DNA from: Nemertoderma westbladi
Lineage: Eukaryota; Animalia; Xenacoelomorpha
Reading direction: 5' to 3'
NCBI GenBank assembly: GCA_032718475.1
Contig: JAUCBJ010003414.1
Coordinates: 1,667-65,666 of the forward strand
Length of the DNA: 64,000 bases
In this document: piece after piece, positions 25,550 through 39,290 of the stretch
Layout: every line of letters starts with the position of its first letter
Position numbering within the stretch: position 1 is the stretch's first letter
Program-made: the position numbers and the translations under genes
Notes under the pieces: generated by a model
What the model was told of the DNA's origin: nothing
The model's database searches: none
Seen by the model: only the letters and a program-made list of their open reading frames with translations

Positions 25550-26498
25550 AGTGAGGTATATTTATCTTACGAAAGTGAGAGATATACTTTACAGTGAGGT
25601 AACTATATATTGTTAGCTATTGTAAAGGTAGGAGATACTTACAATTTAAAATTAGTAAAATTAGAAATTTGTAGAACGTCCCCTGCTTCAGTAGGCTTTT
25701 AGGGTAGCTAGTAGTTTCGTACTTAATATTTGACTAGCTAATAGTTAGTTTGTAGCAATTTGTTTTACGCCATGTGTGTGTGGTGTTACTTTTCGGTACT
25801 TGAAAAGGTACATAGGGTTTAAAGACCAAGTTGTATCAGTACCTAGGAAGATTTTTCGTAGAGTAGAAGTAAAACTCTCACCTTCGACTTTTCAGGACTC
25901 AAGGACTCATTTCTGGACTGCTTCGAGGATTAGACCGCTTTTCGCAAGTTTGGGAGACACAAAATTCGTCCGCGACGCCGAAAAACGGAACGACCCACGT
26001 CCGGTTTGTATTTGGGAATTTGCACGACTGGAAGATCAAAGGAGCGTAAGTTTTACGACTCGTGTCGTTCAAACTTAAAAGCACAGTAGTACTCAAAATT
26101 TGTGGGTTTCACTGTCTAATTAGTAGTGTTGTTGGTACTTATTTCCCGTTAGACGTTGCTGTTTTGCCTATTATTTGTACTTGTTGATCTACATTTTGGT
26201 AACGTATACCGTTATCTCACTTATTCGTACAAATTTAGCTGGTAGGCTAGATTATTACATATTTTATTATATACTTTGTTAGTTTTATTTGTACCGGTTA
26301 GGGTATATATATGATATATATATATATCAAGGTAAGTTTGACATTTGGACATTTTGACATTTCGACATTCTGACTTTGATGATTTATTTGTACCGGTTAG
26401 GGTATATATATGCTATATATATACCAAGGTAAGTTTGACATTTCGACATTCCGATACTTTGACATTTTATTACCCGTACTTGACATATATAATAAGAC

Positions 26499-26809
26499 AT
26501 GAGTGACACACCACATTCGACTCGACACCCACCTACCGACTATGACTCGTGCGACCCGGACAGATCGACAGTAGACGAACCGAGAAGGAGAACCCGAGAT
26601 TCCACCGATGTCACACCGCGTGCGTCGCCGGTACCCCGAACGGAAATACCGGAAGCCACAATGCGTGGCGACGGCAGGATCGAGGATTTCCTTACAGTCC
26701 CACAGACCAGGTCACGGGAACCAGACATGGTAAGCTTGGCGGGAAGCCAAGAAAATGTCATTAGAAGTATAGGAGGACACATGGCCTAGATTACTCGAAA
26801 CCTCGGAGA
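26499..26809 (+). pseudogene. First, interrupted copy of the A2 gag start
   Basis: MSDTPHSTRHPP...; cut at 26809 by the DNA transposon; duplicated at 35110. Confidence 0.85.
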
Positions 26810-27434
26810 TACGGAAGCCCATAAGGACCACGTCAAATTGACAATTTCATTCGTCAAATTCGCAATTTCATCCGTCTACTATTTATGGAATTGCCGGTTT
26901 GACGGGTGAAATTGAATGAAATATGGACCACGTTAATTTGGCAATCTACAATCCTGCATTCATCATTGATTGCGCCCTGTCTGCTGTCTATGGTCTGGCT
27001 CTCTGTACTGCCTGTGACTATACCGTTACTTACAGACTTACCAGTCAGCCAGTACACTGTCTGACAGTAGGCCTACAGCACAAAATACTTTCAGTCTTTG
27101 TCACAGATTGTTGATATAGCTGTATGTATAAATGTATACTACTGTCCTATGGTACCGGCTGCCGGCAGACCGGTACTGCAGTACTGTAGTACAGTTGGCC
27201 TATGCATTCAGTAAGAGTTCTGGAGTAGGTAGCTTATCCCATGCCATATCCCTTTTACCAGTATACTGTTATAGCATATAGGCCTACAGGCATTAGCTCT
27301 AGCTGTATGGTGCATTATTGATAAAATTAGGCCTACAGGAGGCCTAATCTGATAAATGATAATACTGTAATACCGGTACTGTGTAATATTGTAATAGCCT
27401 TTCTCGGTATCGGACCCAGGCTGCCAGGACCGAT

Positions 27435-28148
27435 ATGTTTTGTCGCAGGTGTGGAAGGGAGCTTCCCGAGGATTCAAAATTTTGCTCAAATTGCGGCTTG
27501 CCTCTTCAGCTACCTATGCCGGTAGGAAGTGCCGGCGATCAGCCCGTCATTCTGGATACCAGTATTATTACCGGTAGCAGCACATTCACATCACCTAGAA
27601 ACAGCACCGGTAATTCTGATATCATAAAGTTACGTGAGTTTGTTGCGAACAAGCGAAGTGGCCATTTTCGCCAACCTGATAGTATAAAGAAATCGAAACA
27701 TTCTGATTACGATGAGCATGCTCAAAATCCGGAAGTCACAATTTCAATTGGTTTGATGAAGTTTTATGGGAAACTTGGCAAACTAAAGGCAATGTTTGGA
27801 AAGAGAATTCCAATAACCGTTGCACGAAATGCTAATTACGACACAATACTACATCTTGGCTTTGGAAAATTCCATTCTTTCTACACCGACGTCATTGGAG
27901 AGGCAGCTGTATGTGATGATTTCGTGTTAGCATATGAGTCGGGAAGGATTGCCTCGAAAATACCTGGTTCGGAAGAAGAATTCAATCTAAGGGGCTATAG
28001 AGATGCACTCGGGCGCGAATATCGCCGTATAACCTTGTATCTTTGTGATAAGGAAGACATGGAGCAGACTGATTCTTGGAGTGATAATACTCATAGTGGC
28101 GGGCTGAGTGGCAGGATCTCGAGTTTTGCAACCCCAACCTCTGCCTGT
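27435..28148 (+). CDS. Transposon-borne zinc-ribbon plus G2E3-like HECT gene, exon 1 part a
   Basis: MFCRRCG...FCSNCG zinc ribbon; in frame with 31129 after removing the LINE (PTSAC-NDLASG). Confidence 0.75.
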
Positions 28149-28149
28149 A

Positions 28150-31125
28150 CAGACCAAATGATGATAATACAGATCAAATACAGATAATAATAGATAATAA
28201 TAGAATAATACAGATACTGATCAAATAATACAGATAACTATATTGAATGCAATACATTTCCGGCTGACTTTTCCGATCACGAATTTATAGTACTGAAATC
28301 CAAACTAGTAATTTCACAACCACCACAAAACACGAAACCAGTATATTCTACAGTTAAATTCCGCGATCTATCACATTTCAATGAATCTGATTTTCTTAAT
28401 GAAATTAGTAAAATTGACTGGACGAATAATTATTTTACAAGCAATGTAGATTACGTTTATGACAACTTCGAAAATAAATTAAATGAAATATATGATAAGC
28501 ATGCACCAATTAAAACTAAATGCATACGATCTAGCAATAATATCAAAAGCAACTTGCACAACATATCACTATGGTGGAACTCAGAACTATCATCCCTAAA
28601 TATTGAAAAACAGCAAAAATTAATCAGGTGGAGACATTCAAAAAGTGAAAGTGACTTTGCAGACTATAAAACAATTCGAAATAAATTTAACTCACTAAAT
28701 AAAAACCTAAAGAATAAATATATAAAATCAAAACTAAATGATGCAACTGCAATAAAAGACAAATGGGCAATATTAAATAAAATCACTAATAATAATAAAA
28801 AAACCGAGCAAACTATATCGTCCTTAATTAATCACGCAACAGGCTCTATTATTTATAACATATTACCAATGGCGAACCTACTTAATGACACATATCTAAA
28901 TCTGGGTAACTTTCAAAGCACTGGCTATATAAAAAGACATTGTACTGTTCACTCTAGTTTCAGCTTTAAGAACGTAACCGAATTAGAAATATTTGAAATA
29001 ATATCTAAAATAAACACAAATAAACCAACTGGTCCGTCAATATTAAGTCCAAAATTAATAAAACTAATTGCACCGTATATTACCATACCACTAACTCACA
29101 TCACAAACTTATGCCTAACGTCAAGCACTTTTCCTTCTCGGCTAAAATCAACCTTTATTACTCCTGTATTCAAAAAAGGGTCTCGAGATGAACCATCTAA
29201 TTATAGACCTATTTCTGTCACATCAACATTCGAAAAAATAATTGAAACAGTCATATATCACCAAATTACAAAATATCTACACAACAATAAAATACTACAA
29301 AGTAAGCAATTTGGTTTCAGAAAAGGGTATTCTACAGCAGACGCCGTTTTATTTGCAACCGAGTCTTGGAAACGCGAACTTAACGAAAAAAAATATATTG
29401 CTATTGGAGTACTAGATCTCTCTAAAGCTTTCAACTCCCTCCAGCACGACATTCTCCTAGATAAATTAATAGAAATTGGATTCCAATCGAATGCTGTTGC
29501 ACTTATTAAAAGTTATCTTCTCGACCGCCCGCAAGCTGTAAAATTAAGCAAAATGTTCTCAGACTGGAAAATTTGCAATAGGGGTATACCACAGGGCACC
29601 AAACTTGGACCATTATTGTTTTTAATATATGTCAATGACTTTGCAAATCAAATAAATTTGGAAACAATCCAATATGCCGATGACACTCTTATATATTGCT
29701 CGCACCCAAATGCACATACTGCAGTAAAACAACTAAACAATCAAATCACATATATTAGCCAGCTATTCGCAACACTAGGTATGAAATTAAACTCAAATAA
29801 AACAGAACTTCTTGTTATATCCCCATTAAAGAGAACAGACGAATTAAATAATCTACATCTTGTGCTTAATAATGACATAATTAAACAATCAACCACAATT
29901 AAATATTTAGGCATCATCATAGATAACAGATTATCATGGAAGGACCAAATAAAAACTACTACATCTAAAATGGCAGCGGCCACATCCACAATACGCCAAA
30001 TAAAAGGACAATTGCCAATCTCTACGAAATTAATGTTATACAAAGCTCTAGTCATGCCGTACCATAACTACTGTAGTATCTTAACAGCGACATATAATAA
30101 TACTCACGGATATAAGGAACTACTGTACAAAATGGATAAGATTCAAAATTACGCACTTAGGCTAATCTATAACAAAAAAATACGAGAAACTTCAGGAACA
30201 GAACTAAGACAATTAGCTAGGATCCCGCACCTTAACGCACTGAGAGAATACCACGCAATACAATATTTCTATAAATACATGTTCAACATTATCCCAGCAT
30301 TTAAATCATTAAAACTCCCGTTCATCAATCAAATATCACTATCTAATAGGCAAATAAATCCACGAACTAAAAAAATAAAAGTTCCAAAAACAACAAACAG
30401 ATTTGGTCACAACTCTTTTATTGTCACATGCATAAAATCATGGAACAATTTACCTAATAACATTCGTAAATTTGCACTCAATAATAATTTTTTATCACTA
30501 TTGGAAAATTACTACATAACACAATATGAAAGAAAAGCAGTAACATAATCACTTAACTATACATTATTATAAAAGTCAGGCTATAAAAGAAGGGAAGGGG
30601 GGGGGGTGGGGTGGGGGGGGGGGGGGGGGGGCAAGTATGTAAGGTGCTTGTAATTTTTCGTGTTATTTTATCTATACTGTGTATTGATATTTAAGTATGG
30701 AGTACGTGGATATTGGTTTTATTTATGCATGGTATGTGTGGGGTGTGCGGAAGTGCATGTTTATGCATGGGATGGGCTTGATAATACGGGTTGATAATGC
30801 GATAGTACGTTAATAGTTTATGTATGGCTGAGCCTGGCCCATGCACGTAGTTTTATTTAACCATACACCATACAACTTTAGTTAACTAAGTACGGTTGTA
30901 ATGTGTACAGTAAATATCTTATTCTATTGTTTAGTGTCGTATTATTTACAAATTATACTGTGTCAACACATACATAGAAGATGGACCAAGTCCATCCAGC
31001 CCGCTGACTTTGACCTTTTAAACTATCAGTTTAATGTGTAACTTCGGTGCCATTTCACTGCCTTTAGTCCAGCATGCTGGCTAAAGTTTTAAGGTTAATA
31101 TAATTGAATTGATTGATTGATTGAT
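28150..31125 (+). mobile_element. 5'-truncated CR1/L2-group LINE with open RT ORF (28554-30548, frame extends upstream to the endonuclease SDH motif)
   Basis: NYRPIS, QFGFR, DLSKAFN, GIPQGTKLGPLLF, YADD and KYLG motifs; 3' hairpin and (ATTG)n tail. Confidence 0.95.
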
Positions 31126-31128
31126 TGT

Positions 31129-31753
31129 AATGACTTAGCATCAGGATCCTTTCCATCAGAGGCAGAGTCGACTGTTAATCAAACCTTTGACTTAGACTTA
31201 GACGCAATACTCTATGATTTCATTGATGCTACCAGTACCAGTACCACTGATGAGACTGGTACCACTGATGAGACTGGTACCACTGATGCTACCAGTGCCG
31301 GAACCACTGATGAGACTGGTACCACTGATGCCACCAGTGCCGGTACCACTGATGAGACTGGTACCACTGATTCTGCTGGTACCACTGATGCTACCGGTAC
31401 CACTGATGCTGTCGGCACCTCTGACCTCCCATCTTCTAGTAAGGAGGTATCTCATATGGAAACATGTGACAACATTCAAAACATTTTGCAACGGTTAATG
31501 ACAAAGATCGAAGATGATGGATGCATTATCATTAATGTAACCCGGGCAGATGTTCTTGATGGGGGTTTCCGTGGCTTTGCAAGGAGTTCGTTCAACCCAT
31601 GGAGAAGGTTGAGTGTCAAGTTTGGAGATGAAATTGGAATAGACACGGGCGGATCTACTAGGGAATTTATGCGATTGGCCATCAAACAAATAAGAGATCT
31701 ACCTATATTCTGTGGTCCACCAGACGAAAGGATGCTTGAACTGGATTATAACA
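31129..31753 (+). CDS. HECT-like gene, exon 1 part b (start of the HECT N-lobe)
   Basis: INVTRADVLDGG...LSVKFGDEIGIDTGGSTREFMRL; donor A|GTTAGT at 31753/31754. Confidence 0.8.
31230..31415 (+). repeat. Coding minisatellite (GGTACCACTGATGAGACT-type units encoding TTDETG/TTDATSAG)
   Basis: Frame-preserving 18- and 24-bp units. Confidence 0.9.
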
Positions 31754-31944
31754 GTTAGTTAAGTATACAGTTTGTTTATACTGTTAGTTTTTTTAACTGT
31801 TAATTTTTTAAATCAAAATATATTCTACTGAATTAATACTATTTACGAATAACTTCATTAAGAAACTTTTTTATTGATACATTTAATTATGTTACCGGTA
31901 GCTGTATTTAGCTGTAGTTGTATTTTTATTTTATGTTAATGTTG

Positions 31945-33610
31945 TTTATTGTTAATCACAACAAGCCAATTAAGGCTATTGTTGAGAGCAAAGTAGTATC
32001 AACTGCACGCTACAATACCGGAGTACAAATACATTTAGAAAAGAAATACATAGGTGAACCCAGTGCGTAAAGTAGGAACATAATATATATTATATCTACA
32101 TAATAACAACCTAAACCGAAGAACTACCAACACATACTCACACCACAAACATTCAACACACGTAATACGTACTAACTAGGTTTTAGCCTCCAGTCGTAAT
32201 TTAAAGGCGTGATATAAAAACACACCAAACTGCTTAATTTTGGAATCCGACGTCAGACTGAGGAGTTCAAGAAATTTGACCGATGAAGGATTTCTATGAT
32301 ATCTTACTGCCAAAAATTTAATGCGTAGATCATGATAGAGCGGACATTTAAGTACAAAGTGGTATTCATCCTCCACTTCTTGGAGGTTACAGAGCTGGCA
32401 TAATCTATCGTTACGCGGTACATTATGCCAACGTCCGTATTCAATTTGTAGATCGTGTGAGGAACACCTTAGGCGGCTCACAGTCTTACACAGTGTAGGG
32501 TAACCACTAAGTGAGTTTAAGTAGTTTTCTGCCCCAAACACCCTCTTGAAATACCAAATTCCCTTGGGAGAATTTTCTATCGCACTCCACCAAGACTGGA
32601 TGAAGTTATCCTGTAATGTACGTTCTAGAGATTTAATAAACATTTTATTACAGCTGACCGACTGGTTGACCCACGCCCAACTTTTACCAGACTTATTAAG
32701 CAGATCGCGCACACCAGAAACCCAGTTACTGTCATTGAAAGTCAGACAGTCCTGAAGTAGCATAAGATACGCCTGCTTGACTAAACGCGAGTCTGGTAAA
32801 TTAATAATTTTAATCCAATATTTTACTATACGAATTTCCCTAGACAATGCTAGCGGGAATACTCCAGTTTCACCATAACTCATGAAGTTAGGTGTTCCTG
32901 ACTTTACCCCCAATAACCGTTTTAGAAATTTAAGTTGAACTCGTTCGCACTCTGGAGCGCTGTGGAAACCCCAGATTTCACTTCCATATTCCAGGATCGG
33001 TTTCACAAGTGTATTGAAGATATGAACTTTTAAGCTCAGTGAAATGTTTGGGAATTTCGAAAAATATTTTAAGAGTACAAAATATGCTTTAGAGGCCTTC
33101 TCTGCAAGAGAACACTCCGCTTTCCTGAATCCGCCAGAGGGAGAAAATATTACTCCTAGGTAAGTATAGTCAGAGACAATTTTGAGTTCACGATTGTGGA
33201 AAGTCCACCGTTCACGCTGTGCAAGATTCCCACCGTTTTTAAAAATCATAATATTGGACTTGTCCATGTTAACCCGCAAACCCCAATAGTCGGCATAGCA
33301 ACCAAGGATATCGAGTGCACCCTGTAGTCCACTAATACTTTCACTAACCAACACGATATCATCAGCATAAAGTAACAGGAAAAGTTTGAGCGCACCTACA
33401 TCCAGGCCCTGAATTCCTCCATCCCGTAGTTCCGCCTCTAAATCATTAATGAATAGCGCGAACAGAAGGGGACTCAAGCATTCCCCTTGTCGGACTCCTA
33501 CAAGACAATCAAACTGCACAGATACTGAACCCTGAAATCGAACTTGAGACCTCGCCGCACCATACATGTTCTTTATTACTGTAAGAATTTTTCCAGAGAA
33601 TCCGTTAATG
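31945..33610 (-). mobile_element. 5'-truncated non-LTR retrotransposon in the HECT-gene intron (RT plus C-terminal CCHC; clade uncertain)
   Basis: GVRQGECLSPLLF, LLYADD, YTYLG and RLCQLC...EDEYHFVLKCP motifs; ORF 32176-33621. Confidence 0.92.
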
Positions 33611-33627
33611 TGTATATTCACTTTCAG

Positions 33628-33812
33628 GTCTCACCAATAATACATATTTTAAAGCCGGCTTCATGTTGTCATACATCATTCTTCATCGAGGACCATGCCC
33701 CCAGTTCTTTCATGCAATATTATTCCAGCAGCTCTCGGCTGAACCATCTGATGAAGTTCAAGCATCTATTGCTGATGTGACTGATTATGTCGTCCGTTCT
33801 AAACTGCAACGG
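33628..33812 (+). CDS. HECT-like gene, exon 2
   Basis: ctttcag| acceptor, phase matches the 31753 donor; (S)LTNNTYFKAGFMLSYIILHRGPCPQFF resembles G2E3-type HECT. Confidence 0.75.
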
Positions 33813-33958
33813 GTGTGGTATTTACATATTATTTAATTTTTATTTTATCGTGATATATTGTTCCGGTATTTACTTACATTGAATTATGAATCATTTATTT
33901 TAATTAATGGAATAATTAATATGAAAGAAAATATTTAGGGGTATCAATTTAATTTTAG

Positions 33959-34072
33959 CACCTTGATTCAACTGCCGATACGTTTGGAAATGCAATTGAG
34001 GTCCTGGAGGATATCATTAATGTCGCTGGTTGCTTCAACATGGCGATACACTATAATCAGCGACAACATCCT
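33959..34072 (+). CDS. HECT-like gene, probable exon 3 (truncated; catalytic C-lobe absent)
   Basis: aattttag| acceptor in phase 0; HLDSTADTFGNAIEVLEDIINVAGCF. Confidence 0.5.
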
Positions 34073-34239
34073 ATTTTTTAAGTTTTAAGTAAAGTTTTTA
34101 CAATCATCAGTATGCAATATTATCATACCCCATTAATTAGTTTAAGTAGTTGGAACTGGTATATAGTTAGTTTCAATTTGGTTTAAGTAGTGTTTTTTAC
34201 TGGTGGTTATTATATTAGTTTAAATTACACTAAATAGAG

Positions 34240-34719
34240 TTACATGAAATCGCGAATTGTCTTAAATAGTTGAATACCATGTTCCCAAGTTAAATCTCTA
34301 TTATTGTAGTTCAGAGTTTCACAAATATAATGGCAGTATTCAATTACGTCTTTGTCAATGATACCATAATTAACGTCATCATCTTGAAAAAATTCTTTAA
34401 CTAATTGTAATGCCTCCCTTTCTGGTGTAATTTCTATATTGGGTTCTCCACCTTTGCTAGTTGGATTATAATAATTCAACCAAGGCTTTCCAGATATACA
34501 GTTGTAACGTGATTTTCTAATTGTATGGTAGTTCCAATCCCGTACAACATCATCGAGTTCCCTCTGAATTATGTCAGCCATACAAAACCACATTATACTA
34601 CGATGAATGGGACAATTTGCATCGTAATCCCCGTTATGAACCAAATTACCAAACACGTCAATGTAGAAGTTGGCCCATGTCTTTCTTAAGTAACACCACC
34701 AGGCCTCTATACGCTGGTT
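34240..34719 (-). pseudogene. DDE transposase/integrase C-terminal half
   Basis: NQRIEAWWCYLR...MWFCMADIIQRELDDVVRDWNYHTIRKS, one frame from 34719. Confidence 0.85.
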
Positions 34720-35109
34720 GTCTATACGCTGGTTGGTACTTATTTCCCGTTAGACGTTGCTGTTTTGCCTATTATTTGTACTTGTTGATCTACATTTTGG
34801 TAACGTATACCGTTATCTCACTTATTCGTACAAATTTAGCCGGTAGGCTAGATTATTACATATTTTATTATATACTTTGTTAGTTTTATTTGTACCGGTT
34901 AGGGTATATATATGATATATATATATATATCAAGGTAAGTTTGACATTTGGACATTTCGACATTTTGACATTTCGACATTCTGACTTTGTTGATTTATTT
35001 GTACCGGTTAGGGTATATATATGCTATATATATACCAAGGTAAGTTTGACATTTCGACATTCCGATACTTTGATATTTTATTACCCGTACTTGACGTATA
35101 TAATAAGAC

Positions 35110-38100
35110 ATGAGTGACACACCATACTCGACTCGATACCCACCTACAGACTATGACTCGTGCGACCCGGACAGATCGACAGTAGACGAACCGAGAAGGA
35201 GAACCCGAGATTCCACCGATGTCACACCGCGTGCGTCGCCGGTACCCCGAACAGAAATACCGGAAGCCGCAATGCGTGGCGACGGCAGGATCGAGGATTT
35301 CCTTACAGTCCCGCAGACCAGGTCACGGGAACCAGACATGGTAAGCTTGGCGGGAAGCCAAGAAAATGTCATTAGAAGTATAGGAGGACACATGGCCCAG
35401 ATTACTCAAAACCTCGGAGAAGGTTTTTGCGTTTTACAAGAGTTAACCGCCCCGATGTCGACATATGAGTTCTACACCTTACACGGTAAGGATAGAAAGT
35501 AGGGTACATGCCTCCGTAGATAAACTTAAAGGTTTACACGAGTTGCGTGGCGACAACTTTACTCAGGTAAAGATAATAGATTAGTTGGTAAGTGCGAGGG
35601 AAAGTTGTTGTTACAACCCGAAGAGGAAGAAGAACTATACTGCCTGGACAGGAGTTTAGAGACGCTCACCAATTTTCTTTGTAGAAACGGCGTACCGATC
35701 GAAGAACCGGAAGTCGAACCGCGAGGGACGACGGAAGTTCTTACTATGGAAGGCTCGCGAGCCTACCAAAATCCACCACTGGATAGATCATTCATTAGCA
35801 TGCGGAGCGACGTTAGTAGAACAGCGTCTGTAATTACTCGACAACAACAGGAAGTTGTACGCCGACAACAAGTCGTCGAGGAAGAAGCGCAACGGCAGAT
35901 GGCACAGATCGCCATCGAGGGAGAGAAACAACAAAGAGAAGACGAGGCAAGGATTGCGCAACTCAAAGCGCAAGCAGAATTCGAAGCCTTGGAACTGAGA
36001 AGACTGGAGGAAGATTTGGCACAAGAAGCTGCAGCCGACGAATTAGCATGAGTTGCGACAGTAAACGCAGCGGAGTTAGCTCGGAAGAAAGTGGCAAGAT
36101 GGAAGTGAGACAAATAAACGCTCGACTAGCTATACAAGAAGCGGAATTAGCGGCACAACAACAAGTAGCAGATCGACGCGAAAGGGAGATGCAACTACAG
36201 TTCGAACTAAATCGTAGATCGCGCGAGGCAGCGAATGCGTAAGCGGACCTCGAACTCGACGCGAGAGATAGATCTATAAGATCGCGAGCTGGACACGACT
36301 TGTCTGCCCTGGATCGCATGGAACCTACAGTAAGTCGTAGTCTACTTGTAGGAAGAGAGGAACCTGCGTTTATGACAATTAAACAGGTAAGTAAGCCGTT
36401 AGCAGTTAAACCTGTGACGTGCTGTGCGAACCCAGTTATTTATAGACTGACTACGAAACCCGACTGCTTTATTCGACCTTTGACACAATGTTCGACGAGA
36501 CCTACGACTTCGTGGAAGGCTTGCGAGCCTACCGAACAACGGAGGAGAACGGATGTGGGCAGTACCAACAGGATCGAACAATGTTTAACGAGACCTACGA
36601 CTTCGTGGAAGGCTTGCGAGCCTGCCGAACGACGGAGAACCGTAGATTCTAGACCTCAACGTACTCGACAAAAGGTAATACGCCGGACGCGAACCCGCCA
36701 ACCACCTTATCCGGACGATAGCGACTCATCTAGCGACTCGGAGTCGACGGAACGGGAAATATTCCGTACTGGAGCGGCAGCAGCGGCAGCAGATTACAAA
36801 CGGGAGGATAGATCGACGAACCAATACATCAACAATCCTCCACAAGAAACACCCTTTCGGAAACCCACGTTGCAACCAACGGAAATGATCAGTGCCAAAC
36901 AGTTCATCGAGATGACGGACCGACTAGCTCAACTCGAAGAACGATTCGAAGCGCAACCGTCGGATCGATCACAAACCAGCGTGGAGATAGAACAACCTAG
37001 ACAACATCGACCACCAAGGAGAGAACAGGAGACTAGACAGACTCTGACCCATCGAGAAGAAGATCCCGTTAATATTTCCTACCGACGAACAATGCGCAGA
37101 ATGGAACGACTGGACGACGCAACCGAACAAGGACGCAGACAGTTAGATTTAGTTAGCGAGATTGCGAAGTTTGCGGCTAGACACGGATTACCGGCATAAC
37201 AACCGCTGAAGTTCTCTGGCAAAGTGAAACACTGGCATACACTGGTAGACTACGTAGAGTCCCAGATTGCTAAGTGTGCATTCACCTCGACGGAGAAGTT
37301 GAATTACTAGCTCCAAGTCCTGTCTGGTGAGCCGAAACGATTAGCGGAAACCTTCATTGGTGTTCCAGATGCCTTTGAGTTGGCGTACGACCATCTATAT
37401 TCGATTTACGGCGGCAACGTCGCCATGGCTAAATCCATTATCGAAGACCTCTGCAGAGGAGGCAGTATTTCGAAACCGATCGATCTTCTATGACTCGCGG
37501 ACGAAATCAAGAATGCTATAGAGACTTTACGGTCCATTGGACAACTCGAATACGCTAACGCACCGACAGTTCTCATTCGAATAATCGGTAGACTTCATCA
37601 TAGACTACGACGAGAATGGCGACGCATCGAGTACCAGCGTGAAGAAGCCGGCGGGCTATTGAAACTCACCGACGTCTACCAACTGATTTCACGGGAGGCC
37701 GTAATAGAGACTCGATCGAACTATACTGATCACCATATAGCGGCAGAAGGGATAGCTATTTCTGCGCCGACTCGGACTAAACCATTTCCGACGAACGCGA
37801 AAGCCGTTACCTATGCCACCCCAACTGAGACTTCTAAAGTTCTGACGCCTATCGGCATCTAGCAGCCACGACAACAGTTGCCGGCGGACTTTGTGGGATG
37901 CTCATACTGCGAGCGGAACGGCAGGAACCATAGCGGACATAAACTACGTGGATGTCGCGCTTTTAGGGAGTTAGGAATCGAAGAAAGAAGACTTCAGATT
38001 CGATCTTTGGATTCTTGTTGGAGATGTACGAAGCCAGGACTCGTCCGGAAGGATTGCCCGAGCGACGATACATGTCCTCTATGTGGACGTAACCACAACG

Positions 38101-38873
38101 CGTTACTTCACACGACTAGTCATACTCCGACCAAATGCTTTCGACGAGAGTATCCAGATAAAGCGGCTAGATGCGATGCGCTTTATAAAGAGCGTGCGCC
38201 GCGCGAGATTCGTACTTTCTATACAGACTGTATGGATCAGTCGGGATCATCGGACGAGGACGAGGAGGAAGACGACACATTTTACGTGCATGCGGGGGAG
38301 GAACAGCCATCAGTAACACTCCTCACACAGAACCAATTGAAAGGGTTTAGCGTGATTCCTATAAAGATTACCGGAACCAGAGGGAGCAAGCGTATATACG
38401 CTATCTTAGACTCTGCGTCATCGCATAGTTATGTCGACGAACAAGTAGCCGATGTGGTTACGGACATGAGTCAAGGTAAGACTGCTCAGTATACTGTAAG
38501 CAGCATGCATGGTAAGCGAGCGATTCCAGTGACAAGAGTAAAACTAACCTTATACACTCTTCTTTCCAAAGCGGAACACAGCAAGGAGGAGCGCTCATTA
38601 CTTCCGGTAAAAAATTTGACCTTTGCAGCTACGAAGGACTTTAGTAACTTGCTCGGCCCTGTGCCAGAGCAATCACCGGAAGATCATAAGTATTTCCGAC
38701 ACCTTGGAATACCGGAATGTCCTGTTAATTATCGTTCAATCACGATGTTAATTGGGACAGACCAGTTTAACTTACATCAGGTATGGGAGACACGCCCATC
38801 TGTTATTACAGCGGGCAACCCCTATGCATGTAGAACTGGTATATATATAATATATATAACTTGGTATACTTAG
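35110..38873 (+). pseudogene. A2 gag and aspartic protease (several stops and frameshifts)
   Basis: BEL-type Cys/His cluster CSYC..H..C, CWRC..C, CPLCGRNHNALLH; protease YAILDSASSHSYV. Confidence 0.93.
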
Positions 38874-39290
38874 AGCACCAGTGCGTTCACTAGAGGTAAG
38901 TGACCAGGAGGACAACGTTTTGAGTACGTGTAGTTTATTGACTACTACGATGGATAATTCTCCTTCACACTCCTGTGGTCCAATTGTACAGACTGCATTA
39001 CGACAGACTTGCGTCGCTAACGCAGACGTAACCGATACTGACGTAACTGATCTAGACACGACCACACGACCTCTGGCTTACAACTACTTGCAGTAAACCA
39101 GGTTGTATTGACTACTGAAGACCAAAGGGTTGTTGCCGTGGATTACTCGATGAACAAGGTTTTTGGAAGGCTTGCGAGCCAGCCTACCGAAAAATCCGAA
39201 GGTCATTGACCCCACCCACCAGCCTTCGACACCGGTCATTGACCGGTTTTCAAACCGCCACACGACGATTCGACGCCGACTAGTGACACC

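Larger units (their letters stand above)
26810..34731. mobile_element. IS3EU-like DNA transposon (DDE transposase convergent with a HECT-like gene), right end lost
   Basis: Sharp left terminus TACGGAAGCCC (TAY-type end, from recollection of IS3EU); convergent two-gene layout; NQRIE transposase motif. Confidence 0.7.
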
